DNA from: Nitrospirota bacterium
GTDB taxonomy: Bacteria > Nitrospirota > JACRHJ01
Length of the DNA stretch: 64,000 bases
Direction of reading: 5' to 3'
Assembly (NCBI GenBank): GCA_963845245.1
Contig: CAWJRJ010000024.1
Span: 108,322-172,321, forward strand
In this document: positions 11,381 to 21,290 of the stretch, in pieces
Layout of the letters: every line of letters starts with the position of its first letter
How positions within the stretch are numbered: the stretch's first letter is position 1
Position numbers and translations under genes: made by a program
Notes under the pieces: model-generated
What the model was told of the DNA's origin: nothing
What the model saw: only the letters and a program-made list of their open reading frames with translations
The model's database searches: none

Positions 11381-12133
11381 TTAGCCCTGGACTACACCCT
11401 GGATGATCACGGTAATGGCAGGCCTTCTCTTCGCATTGGAGCGGATGGTCACCAATTCCTGGAAGTTGCCCGCTTTTGTCGCTGGGGAAATTGCAAGGTT
11501 CATGTCGGCAGACTCTCCGGGCTTGAGCTTTAAAGCCGGTTTTACGGTCTGTGAAGGGTTGACCCGGACTTTGCCTAGCTCAACGGATACGCCGGCAGAG
11601 GCGGTTATCTCATCAATGACAAGCTCCATCTGGCCCGGGTTAGTCACCTTTATCGTCCTCGTCTCCTTGCCGCCCTTCGGCATCTGGAGGTTCGTGATGT
11701 TGAAAGCTGAAAGGTTGATGTCCGGAGCGGGCTTGGGGTTAACTACCGCCGTCAGCCCCAGGGAGAGCGTTTGCGTCTTGGGGTCGTTGGACTTTATGTT
11801 GATGAACCTGTGCACCTGACCGTTCGCGTTGTGCGAATCGTAAACCGCATCAAGTCTGGCTGTATCACCGGGGGCGATCTTTTTGGAGGTAAGGTTGGCG
11901 ACAGTGCAGCCGCAGGTCGGCCTTACCTCGTATATTATAAGGTCGGCCTTGCCTACGTTCTTTATTATAAACGTGGCTGGGGACTTAACGTCATCACTAA
12001 TCGTCCCGAAATCGTAGGTCATCGGCGTCACCTCTATCTTCGGGACTGCCGCATCGGCGGCGTAAGCGATGCCTGCCAGTAAAAACGCGTTGACTGCAAA
12101 AACTGAAACAGCCAGGACCCTTAAAATTTTCAT
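11381..12133 (-). CDS. Exported DUF1573 / Ig-like domain protein
   Basis: Signal peptide (AYA), YDFGTI, FIIKNVG, PTCGCT, IAPG, SNDP; second Ig-like repeat. Confidence 0.8.
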   Translation of the reverse strand: MKILRVLAVSVFAVNAFLLAGIAYAADAAVPKIEVTPMTYDFGTISDDVKSPATFIIKNVGKADLIIYEVRPTCGCTVANLTSKKIAPGDTARLDAVYDSHNANGQVHRFINIKSNDPKTQTLSLGLTAVVNPKPAPDINLSAFNITNLQMPKGGKETRTIKVTNPGQMELVIDEITASAGVSVELGKVRVNPSQTVKPALKLKPGESADMNLAISPATKAGNFQELVTIRSNAKRRPAITVIIQGVVQG

Positions 12134-12192
12134 GAAAAACCTCCGGGATGTAATTGGACGGATGATTTAGATTATCATATCGACTTTAATTA

Positions 12193-12208
12193 TGCAATAG
12201 TCACGCCA
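12193..12208 (-). promoter_or_regulatory. Sigma-54 (-24/-12) promoter candidate
   Basis: Minus strand TGGCGTGACTATTGCA: GG-N10-GC, 60 nt upstream of ATG 12133. Confidence 0.65.
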
Positions 12209-12218
12209 GACCTTACGG

Positions 12219-12248
12219 TTGACAAAGTAACAATGAAAATGTTACGCT
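12219..12248 (+). promoter_or_regulatory. Sigma-70-type promoter candidate for the divergent TPR gene
   Basis: TTGACA-N18-TACGCT with TGn extension; predicted +1 falls near ATG 12254 and no SD is visible (possibly leaderless). Confidence 0.35.
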
Positions 12249-12253
12249 GGCAT

Positions 12254-13775
12254 ATGCTTAAAATAACCGGTTTTATACTATTTGCGGCCATTATTGCCAC
12301 ATCTACCATATGATAGCCTGGCTGATTCCGTAAATACTGCCAAAGGCCTTAAAGACGGCCCCCCCCCAGTCCAGATGGTAGAACAGTTACATCAGGCGTT
12401 CAAAATACTGTATCAGGCAGGCGCAAAAAAGAGGAGCCTGCTCATTATCGGCGCATCGCCCGGGCTGGCGCCTGCCGGAGACGCATATACAGCCAATGTC
12501 CTTGCCGACGCTTCCCAAGGAAAATGGGGCGACCTTCTGGAGAAGGATTATCCCACGTCAAGGATCTACCCTGTAAACATATACAACTATCTTTTCTTTC
12601 TTTATAAATCGGGCGTAATAGATAAAGTCTACTGGGTACCTCCCACAAAAGAGTCCGTCGGGAAGGAGCCTCTCGACGGTTTCAAAGACTATCTGAAGGG
12701 TATCGGCATAAAAGACACCGAATTAAAGGGGCTAAGACAGACAAGCGACTCTATAGAGGGTTCTCTAAACGGCATACCAATAAGGATATTCAGTATCAAG
12801 GAACTTCCTAAAATAAAGGAAAATGTATTCGTACTGATAGACCTGAATTTTTTCAACAGCCTGTATGAAAATGAGGTAAAGACCCCGATGCTCGACTTCT
12901 TCGGCGGTTTTATGGAGACGTTAGGGTCTAAAAAACTGAAGGTTTCCGAAGCCATAATATCCTATTCTACGGCAGACGGCCAGGTACCGCTGGAATTCCG
13001 GTTCCTGGGAGGCTATCTCCAGAAATACCTGACAGATCCCCAATCGCTCAGTAAAGGCCCCCTCCAGACATGGAAAATGCGTTCAGAGGCCATGAAGAAT
13101 GAGACCTTCTTCCAGACTGACGATACCATCCAGTATTATGTCGACGCTATTAAATTGGACCCGAAAGACGCCTCACTCAGGTTTGCCCTTGCAATGGCAT
13201 TCCTTAACCAGAAGAACCTTGAAGGCCTGAGGGCAGAGCTTGACCAGGCGGTTGCCCTTGACAACGGTTATTACACTGAATATACCGAAATGGGCCAGTA
13301 CTTCCAGTCAAAGAACATGCCTGAGGACGCAGATTATTTCCTTTCCCAGGCCGAAAAGGTTAACCCGCAAGACCCGCGCATCTATTCGGCACAGTACGAT
13401 GTGTACGTCAGCCTTAAAAAGCATGATAAAGCCCTCGAAGCCGTAAAAAAACAGATGGAGCTTGGTTTTGGCGGGCCTGATATTCTCGGGAAGCTTGCGG
13501 AATCCGAAAAAGCGCTCGGCCATTACTCTGATGCTGAAAAAGCGTATAATGATGCCTTAGCCCTGATACCGATAGTTGATAGCAAGGCCCGGCAAAGCTT
13601 GCTCGTCGGACTGGGAGAGACGTACGAGTTGGACAGGAAGATAGGACTGGCTATCAAGTCTTACGATGAAGCCCTTCAAGCCATGCAGGAAGGGCACGCA
13701 AAAGACAAGATAAGGCAGCGTATATACGATCTGGACAAGGCATGGTCTCCCTTCCTCAATCCTTCCCCTCAATAG
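12254..13775 (+). CDS. Exported TPR protein with degenerate UPF0489/arginase-like N-terminal domain
   Basis: MLKITGFILFAAIIA signal from ATG 12254 (indel near 12310); NIYNYL, VYWVPP, LIDLNFF; TPR repeats in the C-terminal half. Confidence 0.6.
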
Positions 13776-16700
13776 CGCTTATTGCCGCCCGGAATTCGTT
13801 TCTTATGAGGTCGGACTGCTCCTTTTCAACCCTCTCCCTAAGCTTCGCATCCAGACCTTTGAGCTTCAACGAACCTGCCGCATGTGCCGCATGAAACCGG
13901 ATGGAATCTATGCCGCTGTCTAGCGCATCGGATATGACGGCAACTAATGCAGCATTATCTCCATCAGCCTTCAATTGCCCGAGGGTTTTCACAATGCTGT
14001 TCTTCCTGTAGACGGAGGCGTCCCGGTACAACCCTATAAGCGTGTCCACACTTTTCACCCCGCCGTCCGACACCAGTATCTCAAGCGCAGCGGAAAACTC
14101 CACATCATCCATCCGGGATAGCGCGGAAAGCAGCGGGTTCTCGGCCGTCTGGTCACCCATTTGCTTGATAAGCGTCAAGGAAGTCGTCCTGAGCCTGTTA
14201 TCTGTCAAAAGCGCATAAATTGCCGGGAGCGCATCCTTGCCGAAGGCCGGCATGCCTTTTATCGCAGCCTCCTTTATCTTCGGCTTATCTCCGGAAAGTG
14301 CCTTGATGAAAAGAGGTATGGATTGCGGGTCTTTGCGCGATGAAAGCATACCGGCAGCGGCAACCCTAACTTCCGTAGAAACGGAACGGTCCTGAAAAAG
14401 AGCGCGCCACAGGCTGGATGGCACAACTTCACCAAGTTCAATCAAGTGCCTGAGCGCCTCTTCCGAGACCTCCGGCGAGGCGTCCCTTACAAGCTTTTCC
14501 AAAATTGCGGGTGCCTTCGCACTTTTCAGACGCACCAAGCCGGCGGCAGAAGCCCTTTTAACCCGCATGGACGGGTCCGAGGCGGCCTTTATCAGAACCC
14601 CTTCAATGCCTGCCGAGGACGCCGCGGAAACCGCCTCCAAACGCACATCCTCGTCCGGGTCAGAGAGTGCGGCAGTTATGATGTCTCCCCGCAGGCTTGG
14701 GTCGGCCTCTTTGATATGGGCAGCTGCCATTCGACGTATGGCGGGGTCCGGGTCTTTCAACCCAAGCTGCAAGACCGTTGGGATCTTCCCGTTGCGGGAG
14801 GCCGCCTCGATCACAGTCTGACGCTGTTCCGGGTAATTTTTGTATATGGCAGGAAGGATATCCGGTGAATCGCCAACCGAGGCAAGCGTATTGACCAACA
14901 TGGCCCTGATGCGGACATCGCGTACCCTCAGGCCTTCAATCATAGCCGGCACGTAGGCTTTTGACGGCGCTCCAAGAATTGCCCCAAGCACCGCCTCCAA
15001 TGTCGGTTCGTCCTTTATCCGCACAACCAGGTCCTTGAGTGTTTCGGGATCGGCAAACACTGCGACAACAAATAAAATCCTTTCCCGGCTTGCCATACCC
15101 TTTTCAAAAAGCAAGTCAACCCCTTCCCTCAGGTTATCCGCCTTGATTTTTCCAAAAGCCCCTGATGCCAGCCGGGCTATCGTTTCATCCGGGCCGGTAC
15201 CCGCTATTATCAAGCCATAAATTGCGTCCGGGTCGCCACGCTTTATCAAGGAATCAACGGCCATGCGCCTTACCTCACGTTCAGGGTCGTCGAGCATTTT
15301 TATGAATATACTGGAACCGGCTCCCTTTTCATCTAACAAAGCGACGGCCTTCATCCTTACATCCGGCTCCTTGATCCCCTGGACTGCCTCCGAAAGCGCT
15401 TTTACTACCAGATGCGGGCTCATCCTTGAAAGCAACGAGAACGCCTTGACTGTCAGCACCGGGTCGTTCAGGGACTGGACGACATAACCTGCTGAAAGGC
15501 CCTCTTCGACTCCGGCAAGTACGTCGATGGCCTGCAGCCTTATTGAAACAACCGTGTCTTTCAGCCCTTTTGCAGCCATGTCAACCCTTTGCCGCGGAGT
15601 AAGGTCTTTGGCTAGGACTAGGGCTTCACTGCGTACAGACTGCGAGCGGTCTTCCATCGCCTCAAGTGCAACTTTTGCAACTCCAGGCCCGCGCCCGGAT
15701 AAAGACCTTATTGCAAGGAGCCGTCGGTCCTCGCTCCCGTTACGATATGCATAAGAAAGGGCTTCGACAGCATCAGGGCCTTTGACCTCTATGATCCCCC
15801 TGAGCATCTCGTCCGGCTCATAGCCTTCGCCGTAATATTTTACGAATAACGGCAATGCACGCGGGTCTCCGGCAGGTACCAGACCCCGGATGGCGGATAC
15901 ACGGAGTTCGGCGTGGTTTGCCGTTCGCAGCAGCTGATCAGCAGATCAGTCCTTTCCCTGGAACCAGGAAGAGACAACACTTGGTCGAGCGCGGTGCGGG
16001 CGATATTCGGGTCGCTGTCGTCGAGCAGGCTTCTCAGGCGTCCCGCCAATGGATATTTTTGGTCCAGCAGCGCCTGGAGCGCGTCTTTCCTAATATCTGC
16101 ATCAGGGTCGTCCAGCATCTTCTCTAGTCTGCCGGAATACTTCACATTTCCGGCAAGCCCTAAGACGCCGGCCCTTCTTACCTCTGCAAAGCCTGATCCC
16201 AACAATCCGGCATACGCCTCATCCCTTTGTCCCGGCGCGATTTTCCTGAGATACTCAAGGGCCGCCTCCCTCAACTTTGCGTCCTGGTCGGCAGAGGCAT
16301 CCTTGACGGCTTCGGCCAGACAGGAAGCCCCTCGCACGGCAAGAAGCCTCAAGGCAGAGGCCCTTGTCACCCTGCCCTTCCGGAATGCATCACATATGGC
16401 CGCATCCGCCTTCGGGCCCGGAATTGCCCCCAAAGCCTCCAAAGCCCTGGCCTTTTCCCGAAGGCTTCCCTCGTCCAATACCAGTGACAGTCCATCGACC
16501 GCCCCATCGTCATGACGTTCCAGCAAGATCTGCCTGGCCCTTTCCCGTACCTGCACATCCTCATCCGATGCCAGGGATGATATGACTTGCCCTGCCTCGG
16601 GGCCCTTTGATCTCCTTCAGGACGTCCAGGGACAGATATCTTGTTATCTGGTCCTTATCACCTGCAAGCACCTTTAGCGCATCCACCATTTCCGGTTGTG

Positions 16701-18537
16701 GAGCCGCCGCCATCGCCAGATAGCGAGAGCCTGCGCATTTCCAGGGACTGGTCGCTCCAATGCCTGACTACCGGGTCCCTCACGCCCCTTGCCAGAAGCG
16801 CCGAAGCCGCCTTAAGCCTTACATCTGGGTCGGCGTCCTCCATGGCTGCCATAATCACGCCAGGCGCCACGGTATCTTCCCTGCCGGCAAGGAGTCTCAA
16901 CCGCCATCAGGCGCATGCCGGCATCCCCGCACGCAATAAAGGCGCTGACCGCCCTCGATGACTCCTCCCCAAATATCTTTGATAGCCATGGAGAGCGCCT
17001 TCATACGTATGCCGCGCTCAGGGTCGCAGGCGACACGGGCCAGCACCGGCGCAATAGCCGGGTCTTCAAAGGTAATAAAATAATCGACTGCTGCAGCGCG
17101 CACGACCGACTGATGGGTCTGTAAGCGCCTTTGCTGCCGCCTCACGTGCCTCGCGAGTCCTGAATATCGTCAAGGCGGACAGCGCCGCCATCCTGATAGC
17201 CTCATCCTTGTCGGAGACTGCTTCTCCTAGGCCCTTGATGCCGGCTTCTCCGGCCTGCCTGAGCCCGGCCACCGCAGCCTTCCTCACCTCGATATCATCG
17301 TCTTTCAGCGCAGACTCCAGCCCCTTAACAGCCTCGGCCCCGGGTATCTTCCCAAGATAAACTGTCGAACGCAGTCTTACCTCTTTTTCGCCTGAACGCA
17401 GGCCTTCCATAAGGCCCTCGACATCTCTGCGTGCGTATAGTACCCCGACCGCCTCCATTGCAATCCCCGAGTCGGGGTCGTTCACGAGAGGCCTTATAAT
17501 TGCCGTGTCGGCCTCTTTGGTGGTCAAGGCAACCTCGAACGCCTTTTTTCTCAGATCTATGTCGGGGTCGTGAAGTCCGGCCTCTATCGCCTTCAGCCGG
17601 CCCGGCCCACCTTTAGAATAAAGGATTCCCCGCGCATCCCGTCGTAACGTCTTACCGCCCGTGGAAGCCGCATCCAGCAACACGTCCGTTACCGTTTCGC
17701 CGTCTTGGGACATCAATGAAGACAGGGCGGCAGACGCTACTCCGGGAGCCGGGTCTTTAAGTAGGGCCTTCATCAGCGAGGACTCTTTTGCCCCTTTCAC
17801 CACAAGAGACCCTGCCACAATCATACGGACCTCGGCGGTACTGTCCGACGCAGCCTTTTCGGCCGCCTCTACGGGGTAGCCGAAATCCTTGGAATACAAT
17901 ACACGGAAGGCTTCGGCCCTTATGACGGACAAAGGGTCCTGCTGTGCCTTCTTAAGCGTCTCTATCCCAATATCCGGCTTGAGCCTCCGTGTTGACCTTG
18001 ACAGCGGAGAGCCTGACATCGCCATCGTGGTCAGACATGGCCCAATTGAGTATTCTCGAGTGCATCCGGGTCGTTATTTGCAATGTGTTCGAGCGCATCG
18101 AGCTTGCGCCGCTTTTCATTCCCTGATATGGCCAGGAGTTGACGGTTTTTCGTCAAAAAGAAGCTGGCGGACAGTTTCTTGCCATTTATCGTGGCCTGCA
18201 CATTCCATAGTCCTGGCTTGTTTTTCTCGGGATAATCCGAAATATTTATGGTGTCGGTTATGAAAACTGGAGTTTTTGATGGAAAGACCGTCTTTACCGT
18301 GCGACCAGCCATAGCCCCGGCTGGGTCCGCCCAGCTGAACTCGACCCTTGCCTTCTCATCTAAATGGATCGATATCGTGGCCTTAAGTTCTTTGGTTTCA
18401 GCGGGGTATATAAGAATATCTCTGGAATTGGGGGTACCGGTTTCGGTCAGGACAATCTCGCCCGGTTTTTCTGGATATGCTGGTACTGCATGGAAAATGA
18501 ATAAAAGGACGGCTACAAAGGCGAGACGGGCCCTCAT
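13756..18537 (-). CDS. Very large exported HEAT-repeat protein (~1590 aa reconstructed from at least 6 fragments)
   Basis: Signal peptide and small beta-rich domain in 18031..18537, then continuous D.D..VR..A..AL repeats through abutting ORFs 17066..18025, 16897..17145, 16658..16900, 15840..16556, 13756..15855. Confidence 0.7.
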
Positions 18538-19524
18538 TTTGTGACTGCGCCTTCCACCTCGATGGGCACGGCCACCCTTATATAAAGATAGCCTTTCATT
18601 GATTGCTTCAGGGATTCAGGCTTCATGGACACGACAACATTTGCGGTCCCGCCGGGGGCAAGCCTCTGCGAATCGAGCCTTTGCCTCCGACCCGTCAAAA
18701 GAGCTTTCCACTGATTCTATCTCTACGACACCGCCGCCCTGGTTCTTTAGGCCAACCTCAACCGATGGGTTCGGCGTACCGGATGAGACCTTTATCGAGG
18801 CCGGCGTTATGATCACCGCGTCCCTGACCTGCCCGGACTCGGCTATATAACCCAGCACCTTTACCCGCAACTCCTTTTGGTTATTTGAAAGCCGGAAGGA
18901 TATATCTTCGTCTATTGGACCTGAACTCTTTGTCGGCCTGTAACCTAACCTGACGGCCTGGAAACCGCGAAAAGGCACCTCATTTGGTTCTGATGAGTCC
19001 ATGAAGAACCCTTTCGGCAAGGCTATGCCATTAATGGGGAGACCTATGTTGCCCTTGTTTCGAATGGTGAGCATGAAATATTTCGTCTCGTACGGAGCCA
19101 CCACGCCAAGGTCCAGTACTCCAGGCTCTACGACACCGAGCGATGCCTTTTCATCCTTTATGGTCCCGTGCAGGCTTACCGTCTTTGAACCGGCGTTCGT
19201 TGCCACCACGACTTCCTTCCTGAACTTCCCAACGAAGTTGTAGGCTGCAAAATCTATCTTCATCGCGGTCTTGCCGCCGGGTTTTACCACTTTATCCTCA
19301 AGCACGACCGCAGTACATCCGCAGGACGTGTTTATGTTCTGTATCAAAAGGTCCTGGTCGCCTGTATTCTTAATAGTTATCTCTTTGGATGGGTCGGACC
19401 ACTGATAAATTTCGCCAAGGTCCCAGTCTTCAAGTGAAAGCTCCATCCTGGGCGATGCCAGAGACGGTGCTGAATGGAGGGATGCAACGACAATAAGGAA
19501 GAGGCCTACAACATACTTTCTCAT
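18534..19524 (-). CDS. Exported DUF1573 / Ig-like domain protein
   Basis: Signal peptide, WDLGEI, IKNTG, TSCGCT, VKPGG; three Ig-like repeats. C-terminus shifted; probable stop overlaps ATG 18537. Confidence 0.75.
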
Positions 19525-19639
19525 TTATTCTCCGACAGAAGCCCTTACACTCGCAAATCAAAGGTGAGCGGACTGGTAAATATTAACATGGTCAACAGAA
19601 AATAGCAATACAGTGGTTACGGGGCGGGCGAAGAAGCTT

Positions 19640-20887
19640 TCAGCCGAGCTTTTCAAGTAGTCTTTTTGCACGGTCCTTGTAGCGGTTGTCAACCGGCATA
19701 TCGATATATTTTTTCAAGGCATCCTTTATTCCGGCATCACCCGGCCTTGCCGCAACCTCCCATGCTCCAAGCACCGAGCGGACGACATACAGGTTACTCC
19801 AGTTTATGTATGGCAGAAGGACATCGGGGTCAAAACCCTCCTTTATGCCGGCGAAGGCGCGTGCAACGCTTTCCACTATCTGGTCCGAGGGTCTCCCCCT
19901 TCCGGTAAGAAGGGTATTCAGGCCTGGCGCGGCCTCCTTCACCCCAAGCTCACCGATATAGCCTGCGGCGAGGGCGGCTACAGAGTCGTCCCTGTCCCCA
20001 AGCGCGGTTATGAACGCTGGCGACGACTCTTCCCTGAAACACCTGTAAAAAGCCTCCACAGCCGCCTTCCGCACCCTCGGGTCGGGGTCGCTTTTCAATA
20101 TAGCGGAAACCTTGCCGGAATATTTCCTGTCCCTGTTTATTATAACTATCTTTATGGAATTCAGACGGACCTGCGCGTCGGGGTCATCCAGCAACTTGTC
20201 AAGATATGGGGTCTCGATGTTCGGGCTTATGGCCAGGAAATACCCGGTGGCATCGCGTCTGATCCTGTCCTGCCCGTCTTTCAGGAGCCCTCCCATAATG
20301 GACTCGGCACCCCGGTCAAGCCATGCGCTCTCCACGTAGGCCGCACAGGCCCGTATCCCTGGATCGGGACTCTTCAGGTAGGGGTACAGTTTCGGATAGC
20401 TGGGCTTTGTCCTTTATAAGCGCAAGTGTCTTTGCGGCGTTTTCACGCCTGGCCGGGTCGTTCAGGGCGCCAAAGAGGTGCGGTACGGCAGCCGGGCCGA
20501 GCGAGTACAGGGCTGATTCGACTTTTTCAAGCGCATCTGCGTCTTCCAGGTCGAGCAGACCCGCCAGCACGCCAGCCGCGCGCTCGTCCTTTATGCCGTT
20601 TAAAACGTAAACGATATCCGACAATGTTTTCGCGGTGTTCAAGGGCCGAAAGGAGCCCCGGCACTGCGTCTTTACCAAGGCTGGTCAGGGCATACTGGGC
20701 CTGGGCCTTCACAAAACCGTCGTTCGCCCTTGAGCAGTTCGATAAGCCTTGGGACGTCCTTCGTCCCCGCGCCCTCCAGGATCACCCTGCCGGACTGGTC
20801 TGTTATATTTATACCTTCCGCAAAGGCCTGGCCTGCAATGAAAAACACCGCCAGGATTGAGAGCGCAAAAAACCTTTTGAACCTCAC
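19640..20887 (-). CDS. Exported HEAT-repeat protein (split by indels)
   Basis: GTG 20887 after GAGGGG, signal peptide ending AFA; LG..AVP.L and DPD..VR..A repeats across ORFs 20672.., 20527.., 20316.., 19640.. Confidence 0.7.
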
Positions 20888-20899
20888 GAGACCCCCCTC

Positions 20900-20945
20900 A
20901 AAAAAACTGGCAAGGTACGGCCCTGTTACGGGCCGTGCCTTGCCA
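20900..20945 (-). terminator. Intrinsic terminator after peptide gene 2
   Basis: Minus strand TGGCAAGGCACGGCCC-loop-GGGCCGTACCTTGCCA followed by G and a T7 tract. Confidence 0.8.
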
Positions 20946-20970
20946 TCAAATTTGGAAGCTGCGGCCACCT

Positions 20971-21033
20971 TTAGCAAGGATGGACGCTGGAGCCCCCCAC
21001 AACCAGAGGTTTAGTGTACTTGATTTTATTCAT
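20971..21033 (-). CDS. 20-aa peptide MNKIKYTKPLVVGGSSVHPC (putative RiPP-like precursor 2)
   Basis: AAGGAGGT RBS 7 nt before ATG 21033, TAA at 20971, terminator downstream, paralogous to 21161..21220. Below the ORF-track size cutoff. Confidence 0.85.
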   Translation of the reverse strand: MNKIKYTKPLVVGGSSVHPC

Positions 21034-21066
21034 GGGCATCACCTCCTTGTACAGTTTAATATAAAA

Positions 21067-21082
21067 GCAATATTTTGTGCCA
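21067..21082 (-). promoter_or_regulatory. Sigma-54-like promoter candidate for peptide gene 2
   Basis: TGGCACAAAATATTGC: consensus half-sites but GG-N11-GC (one base too long, spanning an A4 run in an indel-prone assembly). Confidence 0.45.
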
Positions 21083-21093
21083 GCATTATATAT

Positions 21094-21130
21094 AAAAAAA
21101 AAGGCTGATGGAAAAACCATCAGCCCTTTT
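21094..21130 (-). terminator. Intrinsic terminator after peptide gene 1
   Basis: Minus strand GGCTGATGG-TTTTT-CCATCAGCC followed by a T9 tract. Confidence 0.85.
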
Positions 21131-21160
21131 AATTTCAGTCTTTAACTTCGCAGAGTCCGT

Positions 21161-21220
21161 TTAGCAGGGGTGGACGCTTGAGCTTGCCACCACTTTCGGA
21201 GCTGTGTACTTTATCTTCAT
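21161..21220 (-). CDS. 19-aa peptide MKIKYTAPKVVASSSVHPC (putative RiPP-like precursor 1)
   Basis: AAAGGAGG RBS 7 nt before ATG 21220, TAA at 21161, terminator downstream, 70 nt after the giant cytochrome stop. Confidence 0.88.
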   Translation of the reverse strand: MKIKYTAPKVVASSSVHPC

Positions 21221-21290
21221 TGGTTTTCCTCCTTTCCTGTTTACTTTTTGTTTATATTCGGGCCCCTACCAGGGGCCCCTGCTTAAGATA

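Noticed and set aside
20888..20977. N-terminal extension of track ORF 20672..20977
   Set aside because: It runs through the terminator hairpin; GTG 20887 has an RBS and gives a clean signal peptide.
20971..21220. Lasso-peptide assignment from the YxxP motif
   Set aside because: The peptides are only 19-20 aa, have no Asp/Glu ring acceptor, and no lasso cyclase or peptidase is in the window.
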